Shown here: piece by piece, positions 1 through 11,300 of the stretch | How positions within the stretch are numbered: position 1 is the stretch's first letter | How the letters are laid out: every line of letters begins with the position of its first letter | NCBI RefSeq assembly: GCF_036321535.1 | Contig: NC_087445.1 | Span: 14,570,001-14,634,000, forward strand | Source of the DNA: Camelus dromedarius | Lineage: Eukaryota | Reading direction: 5' to 3' | DNA: 64,000 bases | Program-made: the position numbers and the translations under genes | The notes under the pieces: model-generated | Databases searched by the model: none | Seen by the model: only the letters and a program-made list of their open reading frames with translations | Told to the model about the DNA's origin: nothing

Positions 1-160
1 ACCAAACTCTTTTCCACAGCGGCTACATCATTTTACATTTCTACCAGAGGTGCACAAGAGTTTCAATTTCCCTTTCCCTATACCCTCCCCAAGAGTTGTT
101 ATTTCCCACTTTTTTGATAATAGCCATCCTAATGGGTGTGAAGTGTTATCTCATTGTGGT
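1..160 (-). mobile_element. L1 fragment (ORF2 end / 3' region), continuing off the window
   Basis: Typical antisense L1 text: ttccacagcggctacatcattttacattt...gataatagccatcctaatgggtgtgaagtg. Confidence 0.8.
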
Positions 161-319
161 TATGAGCAAACCTTTTAAAGCAAATCTTTCTGTGTGGTTG
201 TAACCACCTCTGAACTAGTGTTGTGTAATTTAACCCTTGTTTGACTCCAGCTCTGGGGTCAAACAGCTTTGAGCTTAAACCCCAGCAGGAAATCAGTTCC
301 ACAAGGAGAGGAATTTTAG

Positions 320-407
320 GCTGTTTTGTTTACTAATGTATCTCCAATCCCTGAAACAGTGACTGACACACAATAAGAGCTCAATATTATCTGCTGAGTG
401 GATGAAT
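320..407 (+). mobile_element. L2 3' end
   Basis: tttgtttactaatgtatctcc...gacacacaataagagctcaatattatctgctgagtggatgaat. Confidence 0.6.
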
Positions 408-600
408 TCTAGCTCCATCACTTACTAGCTATGTGACCTGACTGAAGTTAGTAACCTATGCCTCTGTTTCCTCAACTGTAATATGGAAAGAAAAATAGTG
501 CCCCTTGCCAGGGTTAGGTGAGGATTAAATGCAGCAATGCCTACAAACCACTTGCCCGCTGCCTAGCAACTAGTATGCACTCTGTAAATGATAGTAACGT
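408..600 (+). mobile_element. MIR
   Basis: Core cacttactagctatgtgacc...ctgtttcctcaactgtaa...gaggattaaatg. Confidence 0.75.
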
Positions 601-2552
601 GCTAGTTATGTCTAAGCGAGGGGCTTCTTACACAGGCCAGCACTGGGCCCTGTCTGCAGCAAGGTGATGAGTTTTGAGAGGCAGTTAGGGTACCATGAGT
701 TCAGGTATCTGGGCAGCTTTGGTGCTAAGGCAGAGCTTTGTAGCAGGAAGGAAGGGGAAGTACTGTAAAATCCATTGAGCCCAGAGATCCCCAGAGCAAA
801 TGAGCCCCCTGGCCACGATGCTGGGGGGCCAGACAGAGGGAAAAGAACCGGGAGGCATACTCTTAATGGGCCCATCGAGCAAGACCTTAAGCCAGAACAG
901 GCACAGCGAGGTTATAGCAGGAGGAGCACTCAGTGGGGATTAATGACCAGTGATTGATGGTGAGTCTTGTAGCTACAACTACTACATTCTTACAAGATGC
1001 CTAATAGCACATTGGGAAATGTAGCTTCAGGTAACCAAATGGTAATGGAATTCTAATGTCCCGGGCCCAGGAGGAAGTAGACTAAAGGAGAGAAAAGCTG
1101 GTTTGTCTGTCATCAGCTTGACAGAGCCTGCCGGAATGATTCAGAGGTGGTGCAGGTGTCGTTCCAGCGGCTGAGTCACCTATATATTAATTTGTACAGC
1201 TTTCATGGGGTAGAAGGTCAACTCCGTCCTTACTCTGTCCACATTCTTTCAGAGGCTCAGACTCAAGCCTGCCACGTAAACCCTGGCCAGAGATCACCCC
1301 GGCGCCGTGCGGCACTGGTGAGCTGTTGGCGGGCGTTCCAGGCACTCAGCTCAGTGCCCAGAAACAGCCTCTAGAGATGGAGAGGACGGTAAGGACTCAG
1401 CGAGGGTCCAGCTGGGGCAGGCAGGACCAGGGCTTGGGGCCCAGAGCCCTTGGTAGGTGTGACAGGTGGTCAAAGCACGTGGAGCTCTATCTTCAGGAGC
1501 AGGGCCAAAAATGAGAGGGAAGACAAGAGAAGAAGTTGAGAGGAAGAATACTGGGAGCAGATAAGCATCCCGAGCATCGCAGTGTCTTGCCAGAGTCAGA
1601 ACCTGAGGCCTTTCCCCGCTCTGCCATTGCCAAGTCAGCCCACAACCCACGCAGCATCTGGGCACTTGCAGTTTCACGCTCTGCGGGAGACGTGAAAGTG
1701 ACCAGTCTTCCCGGGGCTGAGGAAGTCTGCCCGGGTGGGAGTGCTGGCCCAGTGGGAGCACAGGTCTTCCTTGCCTCCCCCACCTCCAGCACTTCTCCCA
1801 GAAAAGGGAAAGGCTGGGCAGAGCACTGGCCCTCCTGCCCACCAGGAACTCAGATCTCCCCACGCCGGGTCTGGGGCTCGTGCTTTGGCCTCCATCCATG
1901 CGGACCCTGCATCCCCGTGAACAGGGAGTGTGAAAGAGTCACTGCACACCTCCTCCAGGGGAGTTGTTTCCTTTTCCTTTGATGGATGACTCAGACCCTC
2001 TTTCTAACCAAACAAAACCCATAGGTATAATCCTGTGGTAATGCTTCTGTAAATAGTAGTGGAGCTGAAAAGAGCAGCCCCCAAATGGTGAGAAATGGCA
2101 ACGTCTGGGAGTGGTTCCCTCATGTTCTGCTCTAGGCTTTTTTCTAAACTCAGATGGTGAAACACCGGGCACTTCATTCTTCCCAGACCTGCCAGATGAC
2201 ACCGAGTGTGGGGCCAGGCAGTAAGCGTGCTGGAGAACCTTCCAGATAACGTTGGTGTTTTTGTCTTTGTGGACCTGGGCCATTCTTTCCTTCTTCCCTT
2301 CCCCCTGTGCTTGTGTGGTTGTGGTTTCCTGAAGGTTAAATAATTGAAAGTGACTGATTTTTTTCTAAATAGAACTACATTCTACCTTTCATACTTTGTT
2401 CCTCCTTTATTTGTCGTCAAAACCAGGAAGAACGTTCCCCTCTTCTAAAAGTGACTTCATTTTAAAATCCAGAGACATAAACTGGTCATTACTTGAAATT
2501 TTAAAGGCATGTGAATGGCTAGATGAAGTCATCCTTTTTTCACAGTAGCTGG

Positions 2553-2605
2553 CTTTCTTTTCTTTTCTTCTTCTTCTTCTTTTTTTTTTTTTTTTTTTTT
2601 TTTTT
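2553..2605. repeat. Pure pyrimidine tract: (CTTTT)/(CTT)n followed by about T26
   Basis: Seen directly in the sequence. Confidence 0.9.
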
Positions 2606-3164
2606 GACCTTGTCTTCTTGATCAATCCAGGCTCTTTCCTGCTTTCCTGGTTGTCACTAGGGCCAGATACCAGACTGTTTTTTTTTACCCCCTGAGACTC
2701 TTCTCCTTTCTAATCTGTTTTCCTCTAGAGGAGACTGAACGTTTGATGAGAGATGCAGGGAATCAACTAAGCCGGTTCTTTAGACAAAAACTGCATTAAG
2801 TAGCATAAGCCACCCAGAGTGCCTTCGGGAGTCTCCATCCAAAAGCTTATCATGCAATTGCAAGCTGTTGGCTGCCTCTGGGCAGACTAAAGCCAGCAGG
2901 CTTCTGGAAGCTGCACGCAACAATCCGAAACTTTCCTGGCTTTTCAGGCTGCAGTTCAGCACTTTGACTCTCTCATTCATCGCCTGGGAGGCCCACAGGG
3001 CCAAGTGAATGCTGATGGTGTCCATGCAGCGGCAGAGAGCTTGCTGGAAAGGCAAAAATGAAGGCAAGCCACTTGATGTTTTGTGATGGCAGCAACCAGC
3101 CCTCTATAGCAGTTTTAATTGATTGATACTCTCTTTAGACTTTCTCTATATAGAATTGAAATTC

Positions 3165-3520
3165 ATTTGCTTGCTCACTTGTTCATTCCTTTAATAGACA
3201 TTTATTGTGTCCCTGCTGTGTGCCAAGCAATGGAATAAAAAATTGTATTGTCCCAGATAGAGGCAGTTCAGAAGAGTTATCTTCAGCAGCATCATCTTCA
3301 CTGTCATTATCAGTATTCATTCATTCATTCAAAAAAAAAAAAAAAAACCAGATGAAATACCGATTGTCTAGCAAGTGCTTATATGAGAAGCAAGATAGGC
3401 AGAGCCTACGGTCTCAGAGAGCTCATAGTTTAATGGTGGAAACATACCAGTACACTATAATAATGAAAAGGGGTACGTCCTCTAATAGGGGAAGCATATA
3501 GTATCGGTTTGGTCTATTAA
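3165..3520 (-). mobile_element. Two adjacent L2 3' fragments
   Basis: cattcctttaatagacatttattg...tgtgccaag, and attcattcattcattc...gagctcatagtttaatggtgg. Confidence 0.55.
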
Positions 3521-3549
3521 AATGTCAATTTTATATGATTCAGCACAAT

Positions 3550-3750
3550 ACTATTTATTGATTGTTCCTTATATACCAGGCATAGGAAGATGTGCTTTAT
3601 CAGTGTCGACATTAACATTCATCAGAACCCTGCAAAGTAGGTTTTATCATATCCATTTTATAGATGGGGATCCTGACATAAAGCAGTGAGATGATTTTCT
3701 CTTGGTCACAAATACTAAGTGGCAGAACTCAGTCTGTTTGACTCTAGCTT
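3550..3750 (-). mobile_element. MIR
   Basis: ccattttatagatgggga...ggtcacaaatactaagtggcagaac. Confidence 0.6.
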
Positions 3751-4470
3751 TTGTGCTGTGTTCTCTATGGTACAGAAATATCTGCATATTGTGTGCCAGG
3801 CCATTGGAGGGGAGCAGTAGAGCACAATGCCCACCTGTTACATGGAATAATGGATGAAATAAAGTTTAGCCCCGTGAATCATTGTGGTAGCCATGTTTCA
3901 GAATCTGCTGTCAAACACGAGACAGGTTGCTAAGTTCACCATGTGTTTTTAACTTTGGGCTCACTGGTATGTTTTTCTTTTGCTCTCCTTGCTTTGATGT
4001 TCCTTTAATGGTTTTAATTCCTCATTACTGTATTAAGAGGATTTAACTTTTTGGCATCTAGATGTGTAGGTCTGGCACTGTTGATGCTCACAGAGCAGGA
4101 GGCTAGCAGAGGCATGAGGCAGAAAGGTGTAGGGCAAGTTTTGGAGCAGGGGATATATTCCTTTGGGGGTGGCTATCATGCCTTTGGCCCTTTTCAGATC
4201 ATCCATCCCTTCTCACAGCCTCAGATGAGAGGGCAGCTGTCCATGTGAGTCCCATCCCTCCATGGACCAGGGTGCACACCTGACCTGAGCCAGGCCCACC
4301 AATAAGTTGGCCAGTGCCTTGTGACTTGTGTGCAGCCAACCCAGAAGGAGAGCTGGGCCAACTAGAGTCCCTCCCTCATGACCTTGTACTGTTTTTGTTT
4401 CTTTTTAATTAAAAAAATTTACCTCTATCATGTATACAATTTGTCATCAATTTATTTTTGAGTTTAGGAA

Positions 4471-4597
4471 TTTTGGAGGGGAGGGGCAAGCAGTTAGGTT
4501 CATCTATTTATTTATTTTAATGAAGGTACTGGGGATTGAACCCAGGACCTCATGCATGCTGAGCACACGCTCTACCACTGAGTTATACCCTCCTCCC
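4471..4597 (-). mobile_element. Vic-1-type tRNA-Ala-derived SINE
   Basis: Reverse complement reads GGGAGGAGGGTATAACTCAGTGGTAGAGCGTGTGCTCAGCATGCATGAGGTCCTGGGTTCAATCCCCAGTACC, followed by an AATA-rich tract and AACCTAACTG...CCCC. Confidence 0.9.
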
Positions 4598-4610
4598 ACA
4601 ACCTTACACT

Positions 4611-4955
4611 TGTTAAAAGATAAACTGAGGTATACTAAAAATTGTAAGAGTTTATTTGACCAAAAATCAATTCCAATCAGGTAGTGCAAAACTGAACATG
4701 GTTAAAAGCATTCCACCAACAGGATCCTGGGGAAAGAAAAGGCAGAAGCAAGGCAAGGTACTTATTTGATTGGCTGCAATGGGAGTTGTTGCCTTATTTG
4801 GGAAACCTGCTTTGGCTGTTTGTGATTGGTTGTCCTTAGGTTTTGATTTCTTAACCTGAAGGCACTGCAGGATTAGGTTTTTGTTTGCTTACATAGGCTA
4901 CCAAGGCTTTAAAGCCACCTCAGTCTAATGGCCTCCTTGTTTAATTAATTTAATA
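4611..4955 (-). mobile_element. ERV1-class solo LTR
   Basis: Starts tgttaaaaga and ends ttaata (TG..CA-like). The minus strand carries AATAAA (4651-4656) and CCAAT boxes. Confidence 0.7.
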
Positions 4956-5632
4956 GCACCAAGTCTCAGAAGGAAGGCGTTAGTCACAGCCCTTGAGTTG
5001 AAAAGTTGCGGCCAGGCTGAGGCTGCCATTTGAGGCTCATGTCTGCATCAAATGAAGAGAGACTCAAGTCTCACAGGAGGAGACTAAAAGGAAAACGACT
5101 TTGGGGACTCGAGTGAGGCAGAGAAGTGAGACCACATGGCCCGTGAGAGAAAAAGAGCACCCAGTCCCCACCCTTGAGTTCCCTGGCCCAGTTCCAGCAC
5201 TGTGCTTCACCACCTGCTCGTGGGCGCCATGCTGTAACACAGTAAGTCCCTTCCTTACTTCAGGAGCCTGAATAGGTTTCTGTTCCTTATAACGGACAGA
5301 CAGAAGACACAAGTTCTCAATGCAGGTAAAATAATTTTTACCATAGCTAGAGGGAGCAGAGTAACCCCAGGAAGTCCTACGTCTAGGTCTCAGATATTTC
5401 TGCCTCACTAAGAAAGCTAAGCTGGATATTTCTTGTTATTCTATCCTTAAACATTGAAAGAGGGAATAAAAAGCATATAATAAAAGCTACCCCCTTTAAG
5501 TAATTGTTTTTATACGTTTAATGTAACACTACTCTCAGGCCACTGGCCATCCCTTTCACCCACCATTATGTGGACTTTCTGAGACTCAGGCTCCTTGTTA
5601 GATCCTGGGTAGATGAAGATGGGTAATAGAGT

Positions 5633-5741
5633 GGGGATGGTATAGCTCAGTGGTAGAGCCCATGCTTAGCATGCATGAGATCCTGGGTTCAAGCCTCAGT
5701 ACCTCCACTAAAATAAATAAATAAATAAAACTAAAACAAAA
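5633..5741 (+). mobile_element. Vic-1-type SINE, short form lacking the CCTAATTACCTCCCC terminal segment
   Basis: ggggatggtatagctcagtggtagag...gggttcaagcctcagtacctcca, then (AATA)n; pol III A and B boxes are present. Confidence 0.9.
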
Positions 5742-5744
5742 GGA

Positions 5745-6140
5745 TGAGCAACACACCCGTTCTTGAGGTATTCACTACACTGTAGAGAGATCAGCAAACA
5801 TCACCATAAAATATGGGGGCTACTATAGCAGAGACATAAAAACGTTCCTCTGAAAAGGGAATGACTAATTTCACCTGAGGATTTAGGAGGTTTCAGCTAG
5901 AGGGTGATTTTTGAGCTTAGCCTTGAAAAGTAACTATTTGCCTGGCAGTTTGGGAAGGAAGAAGGCAGGGAGGCAGGAACTCTGGGCTGAGGGAACAGAA
6001 TGTGCAAAGACAGGGAGTTGTAAAATGGCCTGCTGGATTCAGGGAACCAGGAGACGTCAGTACAGTTGGGGCAGTGAAAGTTTTGGGTGAGCGGCAGGAA
6101 TGAGGTTAAGTTGGGGCCAGATTTTGAATGTCTGCGTATA
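5745..6140 (-). mobile_element. L2 fragment
   Basis: tgagcttagccttgaaaag...gagggaacagaatgtgcaaagacaggga, typical of antisense L2. Confidence 0.6.
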
Positions 6141-7919
6141 TAGTTAACAATGTAATGAATAATTATTAGTATGCTTCATTATTCTCTACCAAAGACAAAG
6201 GAAGTCATTTATATGAATTACTCTCATTTAGTTAAAAGCCAAGGAAAAGTGTTGTGGATAATGTCCAACCTGTGTAAAGCTCTGAAGGTTAGTTTTGGGG
6301 TTGAGGACTCCAGACAAGGCAGAGGAGAGGCTGGTGTAATGGAAGATGAAGCATGGGGAGGGTGGGCATGGGGCAGCTGGGGTTGTCCAGTTGAGAAATA
6401 AGCAACTGGTCCAAGGCAGTGGCTTTGGGATCCAAGGCAGTGTCTGGGCCCAAGACACGCTTCAGGGGCCAAATTATTTAAATGTGTGGAGAGAATGAAA
6501 CAGAACCTAGAGCTCAATTAGAAAGTTTCCCTCTTTAGAGGTGAAGTCAACAGTGATAGCACTGATCGAAATAGATGACACAGGACCAGGAGTGGGCAGG
6601 AGGATATGATTTCATTTAGGAGGATATGATTACATCTGAGATCCTAGTAAGAGATTAAGGTGGAGAAGACCTGAGGGCAGTCAGATAAGGGAGTCTGAGG
6701 CTTCGGAAAGGGATTAGGATGGAACATACAGATTTGAGTTTTTATCACTCTGTCCAGAAGGGTGGGAGGGTTCAGAGAGGTGTACAAGACAGCTTTCAAG
6801 ATTTGTACTAATAGAAGGGTCGCCAGGCCACATCAGTCAGGGTACCATTGGCATATGAAATACTCTAGAACAGCCATCCAGTGACTTCCTCTCTCAGCCA
6901 GCTCCCTGGAGCTCAACCTCCTGCTTCCCAGCATTTTCTGCTCCTTAGCAGGCAACCAGGTGGAGTGAGCTGAGGGATGGGCTGCTCACTAACCCCAAAT
7001 TCAGAGTGGCCTGAACTGCATTTCTGTCTGCCCTTTTGTGCCGTGTGACTCCCTCCCTTTTCCTGCCCTAGTGCGGCATCCACATGCCATCTCCTTTATG
7101 TAATAGCCTGTTAGCAGGTTCAGACGAGTTCTCCCTTCTACCTCTAATTAATTCAGAGCCCTGCTGGGATGTGTGATCAAGCACCTGCCTCTTTTGCTGG
7201 AGGGTCTTTTGGAATCTCTGCTAGTTATCCTCTTGGGTTTATGAAGGAAAGACGAGGAAGAATTGTATTTTCACCCACAATAGTTGTACAGTGCATGTGG
7301 GCTTGGCTTCCTCAGAATTTTCCAAACTTACCTAAGAATGAGTTCTTTGACCCTCCACTTGAGAACCTAATATTTTAAACATTTGAAAGAGTCTATTTCC
7401 TGCCTCCCACAAATTTAGACTGATCCCTAAGAAAGAACCATTTTCCAGAGGAAAAAAAAAGTCGAATATCAGTGATTTCCATATGGTTCAACCTATTAGC
7501 ATCAAGGGATGGGATGGTGAGGGGTGAAAATAAGAGAAGTTTTATGTACCTTTTGAGTAATTTGCCACCACAATCACAGATGTCTCTTTCCCTTAGTTCA
7601 GATCATACATGACTTTAAAAAGTCACCAGAGTATCTAGTGACATGGAATTATTTTTTTGTAGAAAGACGTGGCGGTATTACCCAGTGAGTACTTCTGCTT
7701 CGAAGAGGTCTTCTGCCTCTCAGGCATGTTGAGCTCCCTATTCATCCACATCCATGGAGGGTGGCCTGTGTACTCTTGCTCTTACGCCCAGTTCTTCTGG
7801 TCTCCACCGTGGCTTCCAAATTAGACCATGTGGTGACCCTGGTTTGAGATTCCCCATGAAGAGGGAATGAAAGACCTAGCTTTTGTTATGCAGACCCGCT
7901 ATACAGTAGACTCTGCTAA

Positions 7920-8060
7920 ATGCTGTATGTACACAATTTTTTCAATTCTGTGCAACAGCCTCGAGAAGTAGGAATTACTATCTTCGTTTTTCTGAATAGG
8001 AAAACTGAGGCTCTAAGACCTTAGATAACTTGCCTCAAATTACCTAGGACTTGGTTGCTA
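7920..8060 (-). mobile_element. MIR
   Basis: aaaactgaggctctaagaccttagataacttgcc. Confidence 0.55.
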
Positions 8061-8439
8061 TTGGTTAGTTCTTCCTCTGAGCTATGAAATCCTCCAGTGC
8101 AAATTTTACCTCCCCAAGGAAGGAAGGATCTCTCTGCCCAGATTGGGAGTGGGATGAGAAGGGGATATATTTCAGGAGACACCTCACATCCTTGTCTCAC
8201 TGTATGACTTTGGATTCTGTTTCTCAGCAATGAATTGAGAATAACACATGCGCTCCTCCCAGGGATGCTGTGTGATTAAATGTAAAATTGCTTTGATTTG
8301 TACTCAAATAGTGCTTCTTTTTTTTCCCCAGATAGTCCTTTTGAATAGAGAGGGATGCCATAAAATTTATCTTTGAACCATCTATCAAAAGAAAAAAAGA
8401 AAGGGAGAGGCTAGTAAGCAATTGATGAATAGCTTAAAG

Positions 8440-8650
8440 CAGGAGTTCTCAACTGGGAGAACTCGGAGTGATTCTGCATCCCAGCGGGCAGTTGGCAAGG
8501 TCTGGAGACATTTTCTGGTTGTCACATCTGGAAGGCTGCTCCTTGCATTTAGTGGGTAGATTCTGCTAAACCGCCTACACAACCCACAGGACAGCCTCTC
8601 ACTACAGTTAACCAGCCCCAAATGTGAATGGTGCCGAGTTTGAGAAACTG
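8440..8650 (+). mobile_element. MER20 (hAT-Charlie MITE)
   Basis: caggagttctcaac...ggcaaggtctggagacattttctggttgtcac...gtgccgagtttgagaaactg; 8-bp TSD-like gcttaaag / gtataaag. Confidence 0.85.
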
Positions 8651-11197
8651 GTATAAAGTACGCTTGCTGGGAAAACATTTCAGCTAGAACAAGTTACTCT
8701 GATGAACTGTCAAGTATTCTGGAATCCCTTACCTGCACATAACAAATTACCGTAAATTATAAATTACAAATTATCTGGTCATAAAAGCAGTTCTCAGGAG
8801 GCAGCTTTTATTATTATTGTTATTATCATTATTACTATTTTCTTCTTCATCTGTGGATTCTAGGAACTTTTTAAAAAATGTATTTTAATAAGGAAAGAGA
8901 TATAGTCAAATATCACAGACTTACACTTATTAGAGCAAGGAGAGGAGGTAATCACTCAGAATTAGTGAAAACTTCAAAATATTGAGGCATTATTGGTTTA
9001 TTCCCTTGTAATATATTGCTTTACATAATAATCAGTGGAGACCCTACTGATTTTCATTTATTGGGTTATTGTTTTCTAATGTATATCTTAGCTCTAAATA
9101 TACTGTGGTTCAATGGAAGAAAAGCTTTGAATTAAATGAGATTGTTAATAAATCAATATTTACCCATTTTTGGAGGTGCGGGGGGAGGGTATTTCTATAA
9201 GACTTGCAGTCATACTGTCTCATCCTAGAACTGCCATATAGGTTTTATTTCCACTTTGGGAAGATATGGAATTGAGGAGATCAGGGAATAGGTCTTGAAC
9301 AGAGAAAAAGAAATCCATTTCTGAGCTGGAAAATGAGAAAAAAGGTTACTCTCTCTTATCTGATGATATGTTTACTTCAGTTGTAGAGTGAAGTAGGGTT
9401 GGGTGAGATGCTATGGAAAATGCTAGGGGAGGTCACTGAAGTGTCTGGGGAGCCTCAGGGCCCAGCTGTATGTTCTTGAGAAACAGAGGAAATGAATGGC
9501 CCAGGCATTCTGCACATTTGTAGAACCATTTGTAACTGGTAATTGTGGTTCTTCATTATAAATTTAATAAGTTCATGATTAATGAACTTAACTAAATAAC
9601 AGAACTGTGGAAATTCCAGCTATTGAATAAGCAGGTGTGAGTACCAGGGTCATTTAATAGAGAAATGGTTAGTGGGTTTCCTTGTGTTTACCTCTTGGTT
9701 AGAGCTGTTTGTTGTACTGTGTTGAGAAGAGTCTGGGACTCTTTAGTCTCAGTGGAAATGAGCACTGTGGTCAGCTGGTGATGTCTGCTTTGGAAGTACG
9801 GTGGGGAGTGTGGTGACATGTAGGCCATATATCTGACAGCCCTGGTTTATGTGTTTAACAGTTAACCACTATCTCTCAAAGCCCTGAATGTAAAAATTTC
9901 TCTGAGTTAGATCCTGTAACCCCAAAATCCAGAAAGCTGTATCTGCTCTACCTTTGGTCAGTTGCAACTGCCTTATACAGACATTGTGGTTAAAGTCAAG
10001 TGTGCAGATCTCATTGCATTCATTTTTGAACTAATTAATACACTAGATGCTATGATGGCTGACACCCCTGTCTAGAAAATATCTGCAATAAAGCAGATTT
10101 TTAGATCAGAGAAATTTAAAGATACATATCATTGCCACGTGCCCTCGGTGTCCATACTTGGGAATAATGATGTTTCCATAGTGTTATCTAACAAAAATTT
10201 GGAGAACTATGCATGTATTATGCAAAGCATTTCTAAAGCCTGTGTATATCCCTTCGCATTTCCTTCACTTGATCATTTGGGGAGTTTGAAGAGACCATGA
10301 TCTTTTTTTGTTCCTTGGGGATAAAAGAAAATTAAATATTTTTATATATGAGTTTAAAATAAAGAACTCTTTTATCGGTTCATTGCTTTGGGTCAGTTAT
10401 CCAATGCTTATTTTCATGTGTGTGGGGAACCCTCAAATTTAAAATAGCTCACTGCACATAAAAGTTCAATATGCGTTGATTGACAAATGACTTGGAATGA
10501 TTCAGTTTTAAAGGATTCTGCACCTCCCTATAGAAGAAATAATATCATGCATTTTTCCTTAACATCTCTCTCCCTTCATCTGCATTCCTTTCTTCCCTAA
10601 CTTCCTTTTATCTAAATAATTCTTAGATGTCTTTACCTAGGCTGTCTTGTAGATGTTATTGTCCTATAACAAAGGCCTTTTATATTTCACAAAGAAAATT
10701 TGTTTGGATTGGGTCCTTATGTAAGTTGCCCAATAAGATGAGGACTGCACCTTACCAGGTGTCAGGTCTGCATTCTAATCTGTCCTCTGACTGGCAGTTT
10801 GGCCTTGCACGAGTCATTGAAAGTCTCTCCTTATTTTTCCCCACTATGAAATGGATAGAGTTAGAGCAGATGCACTTCTCCTCATGCATTACCGTTTTAA
10901 GATGATGATAGTTAAGTCTTAGGGCACTTAGGATGCTAACAGTAACATCTGGCACAGCAAAAAGTCAGGTTGCCCCAAGGTAGCTGAATTTCATGGAGCC
11001 ACTGTGCTAGTTAAGAGGAAAGCTGAACTTATTAGCAGAGGGGTGATGTCATCCTTGTCACAGAATGGATTAAATTCTGCCACGTTGGGTGAGGAAGGAG
11101 ATTAAACTTGGTGGTAGATGGTCAAGGAGACATAGGGAAGACCATCCATGAAGTAGAAAGGAAACTTGAATAGAAAGAAAAGAAAAACCAGATAGCT

Positions 11198-11300
11198 AAT
11201 CAGTTAGGGCCCTTTAGTTACAAGCAACAGAAACTGACTCTGATGAGCCTGAGTAGGAAAAAGGATTTATTAGAAAACAGATAATTTTAGTGTCAAATGG
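11198..11300 (+). mobile_element. MLT1-type (ERVL-MaLR) LTR fragment
   Basis: cagttagggcctttagttacaagcaacagaaactgactctg...ggatttattag. Confidence 0.5.

Noticed and set aside
1351-1982. Cluster of 61-182 aa ORFs on both strands
   Set aside because: Stop-poor GC-rich sequence with no recognisable protein.
2407-2625. Poly-Lys/Arg ORF
   Set aside because: Translation of the pyrimidine tract on the minus strand.
4430-4689. ORFs with VLGIEPRTSCMLS or YSSVVERVLSMHEVLGS motifs (also 41045..41463 and 60870..61148)
   Set aside because: These are translations of SINE sequence.
6598-6637. 20-bp imperfect tandem repeat (and a 12-bp repeat near 6410-6443)
   Set aside because: Old small slippage duplications with no further structure.
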